Notes: generated by a model not told the origin, from the sequence alone. A stretch of DNA of 64,000 nt from Methanotrichaceae archaeon (GCA_963748825.1 CAVVKN010000022.1:128001-192000), one strand, 5' to 3'. Shown: positions 50,782 to 61,138, counted from the first letter of the stretch. A program made the numbers and translations.

Positions 50782-53700
50782 TTGTATATTAAAGAGGTCG
50801 AACTCAAGAACTTCAAGTCCTTCGGCAAGAGCGTCCGGGTTCCTCTGAAGAACGATTTCGTGACTGTTACCGGGCCCAACGGTAGCGGCAAGTCCAATAT
50901 CGTTGATGCTCTGCTCTTCGCTCTCTGCCTGTCCAGTTCGCGAGCCATGCGTGCCGAGAGGCTGCCCGACCTCATCTACCGAGGCGATAATGGTAAGAAT
51001 CCGGACTTTGCCCAGGTTACCGTCAAGCTGGACAATACCAGTCGCCTCTTTCCCCTGGATTTGGATATCATTGAAGTGTCCCGGAAGATAAAGGTCAAAG
51101 GCGACAAATATGCGTCTTCTTATTATTTCAATGGAAAGTCCTGCGGCCAGGCTGAACTACTGGATTTGCTGGCCAAGGCAGGCATAACCCCGGAGAGCTA
51201 CAACATCGTCATGCAGGGCGATGTGACGCGCATCATCGAGATGACTCCAGTAGATCGCAGAAAGATCATAGATGAGATTGCAGGCGTCGCCGAGTTTGAT
51301 GAAAAGAAAAAGAAGGCCATGGAGGAGCTGGATGTAGTGCGAGAGCGCATCGGTCGCGTGGATGTGATTTTAGAGGAAGTTGCCACCCAGCTCGCCCGGC
51401 TTAAGGCAGAGCGGGACCGTGCCCATTCCTACCAGGCGCACCGGGAGGAGCTCAAGAGACAGGAGGCTTTTCTGCTCTTGGCCAGGCTAAAAGAAGCATC
51501 ATTAGAGCTGGCCGGCCTGGATGAAGAGATCAAATCTCTGGATGTCAAGAATCAGACGCTTCTGGAAAGATCGGAGAGCAAGAAAACAGAGCTCTCTGCA
51601 CTGGATGAGAAGCTGCAATCCATAAGCTCGGAGATCACCCACAAAGGAGAAGATGAGCAGATCTCTGTTAAACGAAGGATCGAGGAACTGAAAGGGGAGC
51701 TATCTCGTGAGGCCGCTCGCATCGAGATGACGGAAAAGGCCATCTCCGAAATGGATGGGCAGCAGAAGACCTGCTTCATTCAGATGGGCAGTCTTCGTGC
51801 GGAAACGGAGTCTTTAGCCGAAAAGATAAGGGACGCAGGTCTACGCGGCGCTAGTCTGCGAGGGGAACTGGATGATCAGATAGAGCTTCAAAGAGATGCC
51901 AAGTCCAGCCTGTCCCAGGCGGATGCAAAGTTCTCCTTGTTGCGGGATGAATTGGCCGGAGCCAGGCAGATTCGAGAGGAATCCAAATCAAAGCTGGGCG
52001 ACCTGGTACGGGAGAGGGACCGGCTGCTGGATGCCACGAGGCGGGGCGGCCTGGAAAGGGAGGAGCTTTCCTCCGGCATCAAAGAGGCGCTGGACACACT
52101 GGCAGGTCTCGATCATGAGGCGGAGAAGCTGAAGGCAGAGCTGTCTGCCCTGAACAGTCAGGCCATGGGCATGGAGCGGGACCGCGACGACCTGGAGAGC
52201 GGGCGCCTGCGACTGCGCCGGGAAATCTCCGAGGCAGAAAGAGAGTTGCAAAGGCTGCAGGGAGAGTTTGCCAAGAGCGACGGGCGCATGAGGGCCGCGG
52301 AGGACAAGGCTGGATACAGCCGGGCGGTGGAGGCGATTCGCTCTGCTATCAAGAGGCAGATGCTGCAGGGCCTTTACGGAACCATTGCAGAGCTTGGCAA
52401 CGTGGCATCGCGCTACTCTTCGGCTCTTGAGGTGGCGGCAGGAGCGCGCCTGCAGAGCATTGTGGCCGACAATGATATGGATGCCTCGGCTGCCATTGAG
52501 TATCTGAAGAGGTCGCAGATCGGGCGGGCCACCTTTTTGCCTTTGAACAAGCTGGACAAAGGCAGCCTCTCTTCCCGGCCCAATCATGCGGGTGTGGTGG
52601 ACTACGCTCTAAATTTGGTTGACTTCGATCCCAAGTACCTGGCCGCTTTCTGGTACGTCTTCCGGGATACTCTGGTGGTAGAAAGCCTCGTTTTTGCCCG
52701 TCCGCTCATGGGCCGGTATCGTATGGTCACCTTGGAAGGGGACTTGGTGGAGAAGTCGGGAGCCATGACCGGCGGCCACTACCGCTCCAAGATGAAGTTT
52801 GCTGCAGAAGAGAAGACGAAGCTTTTGGAGCTGTCTGAAAAGATCGCCAATGCGGAAGCGGAGCGGTCTACTCTATTGGATAAGCAGGATAGAATCGAAG
52901 AGCAGATCTCCCGCCTCTCTCGTGAGGTGGAGGAGCTGAACCGGGTCATATCCAAGAAGACCTTCCAGATAGACGAGATCGGCACGTCAAGGCCGCGCCT
53001 GGATAAGTCCATTTCGGAGAAGCGAGAGCGTTTGCTGGCAATGGAGGGCGAGTCTCTAAGCTTCAAGGAGCAGCTTGGTCTTTTGGAAGGCGAGATCAGG
53101 GTCTCGGAAGAGACATTAGCCGATGTGCAGCATAAGATCGACAAATTGGATGACGAGCTGAAGGGCTCGGAAATTCCCGGACTGAACAAAAAGGCGGATG
53201 CTGCGAGTTTGGAGATCAAGCGTCTGCAAGATAGGCTGACCGGCATTGATGCCGAGATTCTCAAGGACAAAATCAGAGAGGAGAGCGGCAGAGAGAAGCT
53301 GGCGGAGCTTGCGGCAAAAAGAGAGTCACTGGACGGCCAAAAAGCAGAGGCAATAACCAAAAAAGAATCGGCCGTCGCGCTGATCGTGGGCCTGAATGAA
53401 AAGCTCGCTGCCGCAAAGGCGCGTGAGGCGGAGATCGAGGGAGAGCTGCACGGCCTGAAGGGAGTGCGTGGAGAGCTCTTAGAAAAGACGCTGGCTCTGC
53501 AAAGGGAGATAGACCAGGCGGAGAGGGAAAGGGACCGAATTGAGGCCCGCAAGAATGCCACGGCCTACGCCAGAGAATCAATCTCGTCCAAAGTCAATGA
53601 TCTGCGCTCGCAGATTGAGGGCTCTGGCGTTGACTCCTCTCAGGAGCCGCCCAACAGCGAAACCGTAGCTGAGAAGATCAAAGCTCTTGAGCAGGCCATG

Positions 53701-54297
53701 CGGGATCTGGAGCCGGTGAACATGCTGGCCATCCAGGAGTATGACCATGTAAAGACCCGCTACGACTTCCTGGCAGAGAGGAGGACCACTCTCTCCTCCG
53801 AGAGGGAAGCGATCATCGATAAGCTGGAAAAGTACGATCTGATGAAGAGGGAGGCCTTCCTGGCCAGCTTCACAGAGATCAACAGGAACTTCAATCAGAT
53901 TTTCCAGGAGCTTTCCAAGGGCGAGGGTGATCTGATACTGGAAAACCCGGAAGATCCCTTGGCAGCAGGCATGACCATCAAGGCCCGGCCTGCCGGAAAG
54001 TCCTTCCACCGCCTGGAGGCCATGTCCGGCGGGGAGAAGAGCCTGACTGCCCTTTCTTTCATATTCTCCATTCAAATGTACCGGCCTGCTCCCTTCTATG
54101 CCATGGATGAGATCGATATGTTCCTGGATGGGGCCAATGTGGAAAGAGTAGCCAAGCTGATCAAGAAGATCTCTTCCAAGGCCCAGTTCATCGTGGTATC
54201 CTTGCGTAAGCCCATGATACTGCAGTCCAAGTACACCCTGGGAGTGACCATGCAGGAGAACAACATCACCACTGTGACCGGCATCTGCACAAGCTGA
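50782..54297 (+). CDS. smc: Chromosome segregation protein SMC
   Basis: NFKSF, GPNGSGKSN, hinge GRATFLPL, MSGGEKS, MDEID. Confidence 0.97.
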   Translation: MYIKEVELKNFKSFGKSVRVPLKNDFVTVTGPNGSGKSNIVDALLFALCLSSSRAMRAERLPDLIYRGDNGKNPDFAQVTVKLDNTSRLFPLDLDIIEVSRKIKVKGDKYASSYYFNGKSCGQAELLDLLAKAGITPESYNIVMQGDVTRIIEMTPVDRRKIIDEIAGVAEFDEKKKKAMEELDVVRERIGRVDVILEEVATQLARLKAERDRAHSYQAHREELKRQEAFLLLARLKEASLELAGLDEEIKSLDVKNQTLLERSESKKTELSALDEKLQSISSEITHKGEDEQISVKRRIEELKGELSREAARIEMTEKAISEMDGQQKTCFIQMGSLRAETESLAEKIRDAGLRGASLRGELDDQIELQRDAKSSLSQADAKFSLLRDELAGARQIREESKSKLGDLVRERDRLLDATRRGGLEREELSSGIKEALDTLAGLDHEAEKLKAELSALNSQAMGMERDRDDLESGRLRLRREISEAERELQRLQGEFAKSDGRMRAAEDKAGYSRAVEAIRSAIKRQMLQGLYGTIAELGNVASRYSSALEVAAGARLQSIVADNDMDASAAIEYLKRSQIGRATFLPLNKLDKGSLSSRPNHAGVVDYALNLVDFDPKYLAAFWYVFRDTLVVESLVFARPLMGRYRMVTLEGDLVEKSGAMTGGHYRSKMKFAAEEKTKLLELSEKIANAEAERSTLLDKQDRIEEQISRLSREVEELNRVISKKTFQIDEIGTSRPRLDKSISEKRERLLAMEGESLSFKEQLGLLEGEIRVSEETLADVQHKIDKLDDELKGSEIPGLNKKADAASLEIKRLQDRLTGIDAEILKDKIREESGREKLAELAAKRESLDGQKAEAITKKESAVALIVGLNEKLAAAKAREAEIEGELHGLKGVRGELLEKTLALQREIDQAERERDRIEARKNATAYARESISSKVNDLRSQIEGSGVDSSQEPPNSETVAEKIKALEQAMRDLEPVNMLAIQEYDHVKTRYDFLAERRTTLSSEREAIIDKLEKYDLMKREAFLASFTEINRNFNQIFQELSKGEGDLILENPEDPLAAGMTIKARPAGKSFHRLEAMSGGEKSLTALSFIFSIQMYRPAPFYAMDEIDMFLDGANVERVAKLIKKISSKAQFIVVSLRKPMILQSKYTLGVTMQENNITTVTGICTS

Positions 54298-54304
54298 GGC
54301 GAAA

Positions 54305-55111
54305 ATGAGCGACGATCCATCTATCCCGGATATGCAGGAAAATCCCCAATCCAGTTCCAACCCCAGCACCGATTCCAGTTCTGATTCAAGCTCCAATCCA
54401 AAATCCGAAAGTATCCCGGCTGCCAAGGATGCTGCTGATGAGGGAGGAGAGCGGCCGGAATTCGACTTCGGAGAGCCGGCGGAGGTTTTGGTGGAGCTGG
54501 CCAAGAGAGGAGAGATCGATCCCTGGGATATCGACATCGCCATGGCCACAGAGAAGTTCCTGCAGTACATCGATTCTCTGGAAAAGAGGGACCTGAGAAT
54601 TCCCGCCCGAACTCTGCTTTACGCCAGTATCCTTTTGCGCATGAAGTCCGACTCCATGGAAGGGCAGAAGGAGGAGGAGCCCGAGCCGGAGATGGAGGAG
54701 ACCGCCGAGGAGCAGGAAGAGGAGATAGAAGAGAATCTGCCTCGCCCTCCCGTGAGAAGGCTCACCAAGAGGCCAGTGACCTTGGACGAGCTGATCTCCG
54801 AGCTGAAGAAGGCGGAGATGGTGGGCAGAAGGAAGGCCATGCGGGAGAGGTGGCCCAGCATTGAGGAAGTAGCCCTGGATGTGTCCCACGATGAGGGAAT
54901 CGAGGACAGAATCAAGGCGCTGGGGCCCATCCTGGATGACATGTTCATGGAGACGAAGACCATCACCTTCCAGGATATAAACAGCAAAAACAGCAAGACT
55001 GAGGATGGGGTCACCAACTACGTCTCACTGCTCTTCATGGCCCAGAGAAAGCAGGTTTGGCTGGAGCAAGAGGAGATCTTCGGGGACCTGTTTGTGAGCA
55101 GGCATGCGTAG
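54305..55111 (+). CDS. scpA: Segregation and condensation protein A (kleisin)
   Basis: LVELAKRGEIDPWDIDI, LLYASILLRMKS, LEQEEIFGDL. Confidence 0.93.
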   Translation: MSDDPSIPDMQENPQSSSNPSTDSSSDSSSNPKSESIPAAKDAADEGGERPEFDFGEPAEVLVELAKRGEIDPWDIDIAMATEKFLQYIDSLEKRDLRIPARTLLYASILLRMKSDSMEGQKEEEPEPEMEETAEEQEEEIEENLPRPPVRRLTKRPVTLDELISELKKAEMVGRRKAMRERWPSIEEVALDVSHDEGIEDRIKALGPILDDMFMETKTITFQDINSKNSKTEDGVTNYVSLLFMAQRKQVWLEQEEIFGDLFVSRHA

Positions 55112-55538
55112 AGGGCTATTTTGAGGGAGCAACTATGTTTGTCTTTACTCCTGCGCGTGGGCATTTAACCAGTTATGTTTTTCTTTCTTCTGTCCGTGCT
55201 TCTCACGACAGTAGGCGCTAAATGTGGTATGCGAAATCCAATTAGATCTACTGAGGATGAGAAATGCCTCTCTTCGCAGGTGCTATCCAAATACGTAGAT
55301 CATGAGCCCGACATTTAATCCGTGCCCATTTTCCTGAAAGCCAGCCATATCCGTTAACCGTTTCCATCTCCCTGTTCCCAAGCCTGCCCGGCGTTGAAAG
55401 CGCCCGAGCTCCCCCCGCGCGTTTCACAGCGTGCGGCCTCCCGGCTGATCTGGCAGCAGGAGCGAATTAGATATCATTTTTATTTGGGTCTATTCACCCC
55501 AAATTACTATTACAAAAAAAAGAGAATCCAACTTGATC

Positions 55539-56036
55539 TTATTTCTTCTTAAGCTCAACTATGCTCTCGCAATACGGCGCGCCCTGGCACATGGCGCTCT
55601 CGAATCTCTGGGTGTATTTTGGATTGAGGCTTTCCACCGCCGACCTGCTGTAGGCCTGGCAGCCATCAAAGAGACCCTCATTTCCTGCGCCCATTTCCCT
55701 GTGTCTGTTGAGAAAGGGACAGCCTGTTATCCTGTCTACTACCCTGTCTTCGCCCTCTTCCTGGGTCTCCCAGGTGATCTCCGGCCCGTAGAGAATCTGG
55801 GAGAGCACTCCCCAGGTCTCATCAACCTCTTTGGCATTTCCCATAGGCAAAGCCAGCTTTTCTGCCAGAGCCTTTGCTTCTTTTCCGCCTTCGATCCATA
55901 TCTGCTTAATGATTTCATCGGACTTATCGCCAAATACCCTCTCAAAGGAGGCTGCGTAGGCGAAGCTCATCGCCGTAGCAGACCTGGCGGCGATCTCCCA
56001 GCGCACCTCTGCGGGAATGTCTTTTATGCGGACCAT
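55539..56036 (-). CDS. ATC-hydrolase-like / V4R-type ligand-binding protein
   Basis: ITGCPF...C...AMCQGAPYCE Cys pattern. Confidence 0.7.
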   Translation of the reverse strand: MVRIKDIPAEVRWEIAARSATAMSFAYAASFERVFGDKSDEIIKQIWIEGGKEAKALAEKLALPMGNAKEVDETWGVLSQILYGPEITWETQEEGEDRVVDRITGCPFLNRHREMGAGNEGLFDGCQAYSRSAVESLNPKYTQRFESAMCQGAPYCESIVELKKK

Positions 56037-56203
56037 ATTTTCTTGACCCCCGTATGTATGTAATGCTTAATAATTTAAAATACTTTCCCATTGAGTATGA
56101 TATCGATCAATTTGGTTCCCCGCTGCAATAGGTAGGTTATGGAATACTTGAGTTCTAAAATAATTGTAAATTGATAACTAAATCCTGGTGGTTTACGGAA
56201 TAA

Positions 56204-56338
56204 AACCACAGAGGCACAGAGCGCACAGAGAACGAACGCGGAGATTATTATGTGCCCAGAAGCTATTTAATATCATATTTTCAATGGTCTCGCATTGGAA
56301 AAGCTGCACGTCTCTGTGAACACTGTATCTCTATGGTT
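56204..56338. mobile_element. MITE-like element with CACAGAG-repeat inverted ends; a degenerate second copy follows (to ~56418)
   Basis: AACCACAGAGGCACAGAGCGCACAGAG ... CTCTGTGAACACTGTATCTCTATGGTT; the flank AAATCCTGGTGG..ACGGAATAAAA recurs at ~56180 and ~56359. Confidence 0.6.
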
Positions 56339-56640
56339 AATAATCGTAGCTTAATAATAAATCCTGGTGGCACGGAATAAAATCGCAGAGTCAGGGGGCG
56401 CACAGAGGATGCACAGATATTCAATTGCATCTCGAAAGTCAAATAGTAACCTCTGATTAGCCAATGGAAAGAACGAGGAACCTTAATTTTGATTTTATCC
56501 CTCTTTCAGTCCAGCTCCCCTATGCGACAGACCCGCGCGTGCGTAACCCCGTACCAGCGCGGGCGAATCGCTTGGTTGGGTCTTCAAGAGCAATTGCATT
56601 CATGGCCGTGCTCATCCAGGTCCCAACAGAAAGATACAGT

Positions 56641-56925
56641 CTAAGGTTCTTTCATGATCTCTTTCAACTCTTCTTCGACCCCTTCCAGCTCGCATTTCAG
56701 CGATTCCCTGTACCCTTCCAGCATCTCGATTTTTTCCTTTTTGCTCAAGAACTTGCGCTCTCCACAGCCGCATGTTCCATGAGCATGGGAATGATGGATT
56801 GTGGGACGCATGGGCATAGCATGTTGACTATGTTTTTCTTCGCAGCCGCACGTTTCACGCGCGCCGGATTGACAGACGTCTTGTGTCACCACAGATTGAT
56901 GACCTTGTTTTTCTCCGCAGCACAT
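56641..56925 (-). CDS. Small Cys/His-rich protein with C-terminal coiled coil (DUF5320-like)
   Basis: MCCG, CGC twice, HHSHAH; RKFLSKKEKIEMLE.Y...L..EL.GVEE. Confidence 0.8.
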   Translation of the reverse strand: MCCGEKQGHQSVVTQDVCQSGARETCGCEEKHSQHAMPMRPTIHHSHAHGTCGCGERKFLSKKEKIEMLEGYRESLKCELEGVEEELKEIMKEP

Positions 56926-57249
56926 TTATTCCACCTCGTTTTCTTCCAATAAATCAATCACAATTCTACGGGTCTTTAGCTTCCACACCTTCTCCGGCGT
57001 GCCGCCCTTGACCTCTTTGTAAGAGGCCAACTCGATGATTTCAGCACTCTTGAGGGCAGAAAGATGATAGTAAAGCCCGGCCAAGGTCAGACCTGCCTCC
57101 TCGAACTTGAGTTCTTCATAGATCTCTTTCGAGCTTTTCTGGCCCATGCCTACACAATCGATGATAGCCCAGCGTGTCGGGCAATGCAGAGCCTGAATGT
57201 ACTTTCGAATGCTCTTCATCCGTTCGGGGATATTCTGACCTTTGCACAT
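56926..57249 (-). CDS. ArsR-like winged-helix transcriptional regulator
   Basis: ALHCPTRWAII...LYYHLSALKSAEII...GGTPEKVW. Confidence 0.85.
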   Translation of the reverse strand: MCKGQNIPERMKSIRKYIQALHCPTRWAIIDCVGMGQKSSKEIYEELKFEEAGLTLAGLYYHLSALKSAEIIELASYKEVKGGTPEKVWKLKTRRIVIDLLEENEVE

Positions 57250-57484
57250 TATCTTTGCCTTGAATAGTTAAGTATTCTACTTGAGTATACTAGTCTTCTA
57301 CTATAAAGCATTTTGGCTGGGGCTTGTTGGGCATCCACTATTTGCATCAGGCTAAGTGTCAGAAGGAGCACGATCAGGATGAGCCCGAGGTGATGGTCTT
57401 CTCTTGAACTTGGAGTAGATGAAATGAAACATTTCGACTCCATATTATCGGGTTGCAGCCTTATGTTTTGGATAATTTTTGGAT

Positions 57485-59022
57485 CCTTAACTCCGCGATT
57501 TAGGGCTTAAATTTGATATTATTTTAAATTTTTAACCGCTTGTAAATTATTTCAATGGAAATCTATAAATATATGTATTCCCTAATATACCATACATGGA
57601 CGAATGGGCAAAATTATGGCTGATTGAACAAAGAAAAATGGGAAAGAAAGGACTAGAAATTAAATATATAAGTAACCATCATTATGTCTATCATTCAACG
57701 ACACACTGGGATAAGCAACTCAAAAAACGAATAAAAGATTCCGATTATATCGGCAAGCTGGATCGCACTAAAGGGCTTATTGAGGGAGTTAAGCGATCGG
57801 TAACCGCGAAAAATCTTCGAGGCATAAAAGAGTATGGTAACGCAATGCTATTTGACCGTATTCTTACCGATATGAGGTCATGCCTTGAGGATGCTTTCAA
57901 AGATGAGTGGGAAGAAATCTATGCTCTAGCGATAACGCGAGCATCTGGCTATATGCCATTGAAACGAGTTCATTCTGCCTGGGATAAAATATATAATGTT
58001 CAAAAGATAAATCCAAATTTGGATGCAAAGAACTTAAGCCATGTGTTGAAAGCTGTTGGAATAGACAGTCAAGCACAGGATTCCGTTTTTAGAGCCCTAT
58101 CTGAAAAGGACAAAGATCTCGTGTATGATTTGAGCACTGTGTTGACCAAGTCATCAATAAATTTTGCAGAGTTTGGCTATAACAAGAACAAGATCCACAT
58201 TCCTCAAATAAATATCGCGCTGTTTTGCTCTCTGGAGACAGGCTTGCCCACTTTGATTAGAACGATACCAGGAAGCGTTCGCGACATAAAGAGTCTCTAT
58301 AACAGCATCGTTGAAGCCAATAAAGAAGGATCGACGATCATATTGGATAGAGGTTTCTTTTCGAAGGATGCCATTAAATTCCTGCTAGAAAAGAAAATGA
58401 GCTTCATTTTGCCTGCCAGAAGAAACAGTCTACTTTATGGGACAGATATAGGTCTGAATAATCACCTATTTTATCAGGATAGATTGATAAAATGCGGAAA
58501 AGGAAAAATTGAGGACATTTTTCTTTATTTATACGAAGACCAACAATTAATGCTTGAAGAAAACATCACGCTCTATCAAAAACTAGACGAGGGAAAAATC
58601 GACGCCAATAAACTTAGTGAGGCGCAGAAGCGTGCTGGAAAGATCCTGATAGTGTCTAATCTCGATTTAGACGCGAATACTATATTTATGCAATATAAAA
58701 GTAGAGACCGAATCGAGAAGCTTTTCGATACCTACAAAAATGCTCTTCAAGCAGACATTCTCTATTTGCAGGATAATGAAAGTGTCTTCGGGCATATTTT
58801 TATCTCGTTTTTATCATTATATGCATACACAAAGATTGAGGTGGCTCTGAAAAAAGCTGACCTTTTAAGAAAGCAATCTCCAAAAGACATCCTGCTTGAT
58901 CTGAGCAAGGTGTACTTAGTAGAATTAAATGACTGCAATATAATTTCAGAGATACCTAGAAAATTAGAGACGCTTGACGCAAAATTAGGATTTAATTTAT
59001 TCCCTAAAAACCGGAGTTAAGG
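57485..59022 (+). mobile_element. Complete IS1634-family insertion sequence
   Basis: TIRs CCTTAACTCCGCGATTTAGGG / CCCTAAAAACCGGAGTTAAGG; 6-bp target duplication TTGGAT on both sides. Confidence 0.9.
57596..59020 (+). CDS. IS1634-family DDE transposase
   Basis: VYDLS, PGSVRD, ILDRGF, Y..R..IEK.F...K, GHIFISFLSL. Confidence 0.92.
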   Translation: MDEWAKLWLIEQRKMGKKGLEIKYISNHHYVYHSTTHWDKQLKKRIKDSDYIGKLDRTKGLIEGVKRSVTAKNLRGIKEYGNAMLFDRILTDMRSCLEDAFKDEWEEIYALAITRASGYMPLKRVHSAWDKIYNVQKINPNLDAKNLSHVLKAVGIDSQAQDSVFRALSEKDKDLVYDLSTVLTKSSINFAEFGYNKNKIHIPQINIALFCSLETGLPTLIRTIPGSVRDIKSLYNSIVEANKEGSTIILDRGFFSKDAIKFLLEKKMSFILPARRNSLLYGTDIGLNNHLFYQDRLIKCGKGKIEDIFLYLYEDQQLMLEENITLYQKLDEGKIDANKLSEAQKRAGKILIVSNLDLDANTIFMQYKSRDRIEKLFDTYKNALQADILYLQDNESVFGHIFISFLSLYAYTKIEVALKKADLLRKQSPKDILLDLSKVYLVELNDCNIISEIPRKLETLDAKLGFNLFPKNRS

Positions 59023-59263
59023 TTGGATAATAGATGGAGCGGTACTCTTTGTGAATAACTTTTGGCGGCAACGTCTCATGGAATTTGTCTTTAGTATGAC
59101 AACTATGTCAATCCTTATCTTGGGATCATTCGAGTCTTTTGATCACTTTTTAGGCTTCTCTGAGAGCGGGATTTTTGGCTCGCGTGGAGGAATTCTCAGT
59201 TCCATTTTCTTCTCCCCCTCCCTTCTAGCTTAAGCTCAAACACTTCTGATGAGGACAGCTTCC

Positions 59264-59545
59264 ATGATCATCTTGACCGCAGATTCCTATGCCAAAGCCA
59301 TCATCGAAGCCGCTCTCTTCGCCTAGAGTAGAACTCTCTCTCCACGAGAGCTGGCCGATATCTCCAGCTTCTCCGAGGAGTGGCTCGGGCTCTGACGAAC
59401 GGCCTGGCAGCAGAGGATGCCGCCCGCGGCTCGGGCATCGAGATCAAGAACATTGGCGAGGGCTATTCCATGCAGGTTCGCTTCGGCCTGGCCTGGCGTG
59501 TTCTCTCTTTTGCCCAAAGAGATCGAGGCCCCCATCAGTACGCCA
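59264..59545 (+). pseudogene. scpB: Decayed scpB (N-terminal fragment)
   Basis: AKAIIEAALFA*SRTLSPRELA / RGSGIEIKNIGEGYSMQV / KEIEAP; in-frame TAG at 59324, two frameshifts, truncated. Confidence 0.8.
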
Positions 59546-59558
59546 AAATCTATTTTAA

Positions 59559-59963
59559 TCAATCTTCTCCGAAAATCCTGACCAACTCCTGATCAGCATC
59601 AACCTCGATCAAAGTGCCACTCTTTATCAGCATAATCTCCTCCGTCACTCTGTCCACCAGGGGAATGCCGCTGATGATGGCCCCTACCGCCACAATGGGC
59701 TCGGAGCGGATGTTGATCATGGCCACGGGCGCAAGCCCCCTCTTTTTGAGCTGGTAGATAACGTAGGAGCCGACTGTCGAGCCCTTGCCTCCCGGAAAGA
59801 TGAGCACCTTTCCGGCGATGCACTGGCCATAGAGCTCGTGCGCCGGATCGACCACTATGCCGGTCTTGGCATCGACATTGCCCAAAAATGAGATGGCATC
59901 CTTTGTCACCAGAGCCTGGCCGCTGGCCTGACCGGAGGCAACCTTGTGGCATTTTATTTCCAT
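59559..59963 (-). CDS. Phosphomevalonate dehydratase small subunit (DUF126, AcnX swivel domain)
   Basis: ISFLGNVD..TG, FPGGKGSTVGSY, IVAVGAII. Confidence 0.92.
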   Translation of the reverse strand: MEIKCHKVASGQASGQALVTKDAISFLGNVDAKTGIVVDPAHELYGQCIAGKVLIFPGGKGSTVGSYVIYQLKKRGLAPVAMINIRSEPIVAVGAIISGIPLVDRVTEEIMLIKSGTLIEVDADQELVRIFGED

Positions 59964-61138
59964 CAATACCTCCTCCCCAGAGCTACATCGATGCACTCTT
60001 CCAGACTTCCCAGACCGGCCTGAACGCCCCCAAGTCCTGGTAGGTAGACCAATGCCTTGCCGGAATTGACCATCATTTTATCAAAGCGTTCCGTGGCCGG
60101 GGAGACGACCATGCAGGTGTCGCAAAATACCCTCGCCCCGCTCTCCTCAATGGCAGCGACCAGTTGGGGGTGCGCATCGGCGATCTTGCGGGCGGTGCAG
60201 ACCCACAGCTCCTTTTGCACCTTCTGGCCTTGCAGCAGCCCTGCAATCTTCTCCAGCTCCTCAAGAGAGCAATGGGGGCAGCCCAGAGCCACTACATCTG
60301 CCCCGCTTCCCGGATATTTCAGATAGACCTCATCGATCTCCTTTCTGCCGAGACTGATCTTCTCCTCCGGCTCTGAGGCGGCAGGCGGCGCAGGCGTGAC
60401 ATCCTCTACGTAGTAAAGGGCGACGGAGCCGCTGGCAGCCATGGCCGCTCCCAGAGCCTTGAGCTCATCCGGGACGGGCCGGCAGCCCGGCAGCCGGAAA
60501 AAGGGGATGCCGTCCTTGACTATCTTGCCCACCAAAAATCCCAGAGCCCCATAGTCCGAGCCCCGCAGATCCGCCAGAACCTCCACAAGGTGCGTGGGCA
60601 TTCGATTCTCATCCAGATGGTAACCAAAAAGAGCCGTTTTTCCCACCAGTGCCGCCGCCAGGGCAGACGGCCCCCCCTCGCGATTGGTGCGGGCACCGAT
60701 CACTGAATTGGCGTAGGAGACGGCGGAGGACTCGCTCCAGGCCAGGTGATCGCCCCGACTGGCCAGGCCTTCGTAGATCTGATAAGGTGTGCAGGTGCAG
60801 TCGATGGTAACGCCCAGGCGGCGGTAGGCTTCAATGGTCTGCTGCTGCTTGAGGGCGAATTCTTCCCCGATGCCCATCTCCTTCCAGCGGCAAAGATCCA
60901 TACCGGCCGGATTCAAGATACTGGGCACCACCACCTGGCCCTGCAGGTCGGAGATCCACTCCAGGCCCGCTTCGCCGATGTTCTTGTAGGACACTCCCGC
61001 GATCTGCACCGATCTCACGGGCACGAGCTTCTCTGCGCCGTAGATGTCGCCTAACGCCACCAGGATCTCCATCATGCGGCGCAGGGTTTCGCCTTGCTCG
61101 CCCTGATAAATGCCTTCTTCCTCACGGGACAGGTACAT
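59963..61138 (-). CDS. Phosphomevalonate dehydratase large subunit (DUF521, aconitase X)
   Basis: GVSYKNIG, CTCTPY, WSESSAVSYANSVIGARTNREG, GCPHCS, DTCMVVSP. Confidence 0.93.
   Translation of the reverse strand: MYLSREEEGIYQGEQGETLRRMMEILVALGDIYGAEKLVPVRSVQIAGVSYKNIGEAGLEWISDLQGQVVVPSILNPAGMDLCRWKEMGIGEEFALKQQQTIEAYRRLGVTIDCTCTPYQIYEGLASRGDHLAWSESSAVSYANSVIGARTNREGGPSALAAALVGKTALFGYHLDENRMPTHLVEVLADLRGSDYGALGFLVGKIVKDGIPFFRLPGCRPVPDELKALGAAMAASGSVALYYVEDVTPAPPAASEPEEKISLGRKEIDEVYLKYPGSGADVVALGCPHCSLEELEKIAGLLQGQKVQKELWVCTARKIADAHPQLVAAIEESGARVFCDTCMVVSPATERFDKMMVNSGKALVYLPGLGGVQAGLGSLEECIDVALGRRY

Noticed and set aside
56179-56420. CRISPR array
   Set aside because: Only two degenerate units with no regular repeat-spacer periodicity, and no cas genes in the window
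59324-59326. Pyrrolysine read-through of the TAG in scpB
   Set aside because: Frameshifts and truncation follow the TAG, so decay is the simpler explanation
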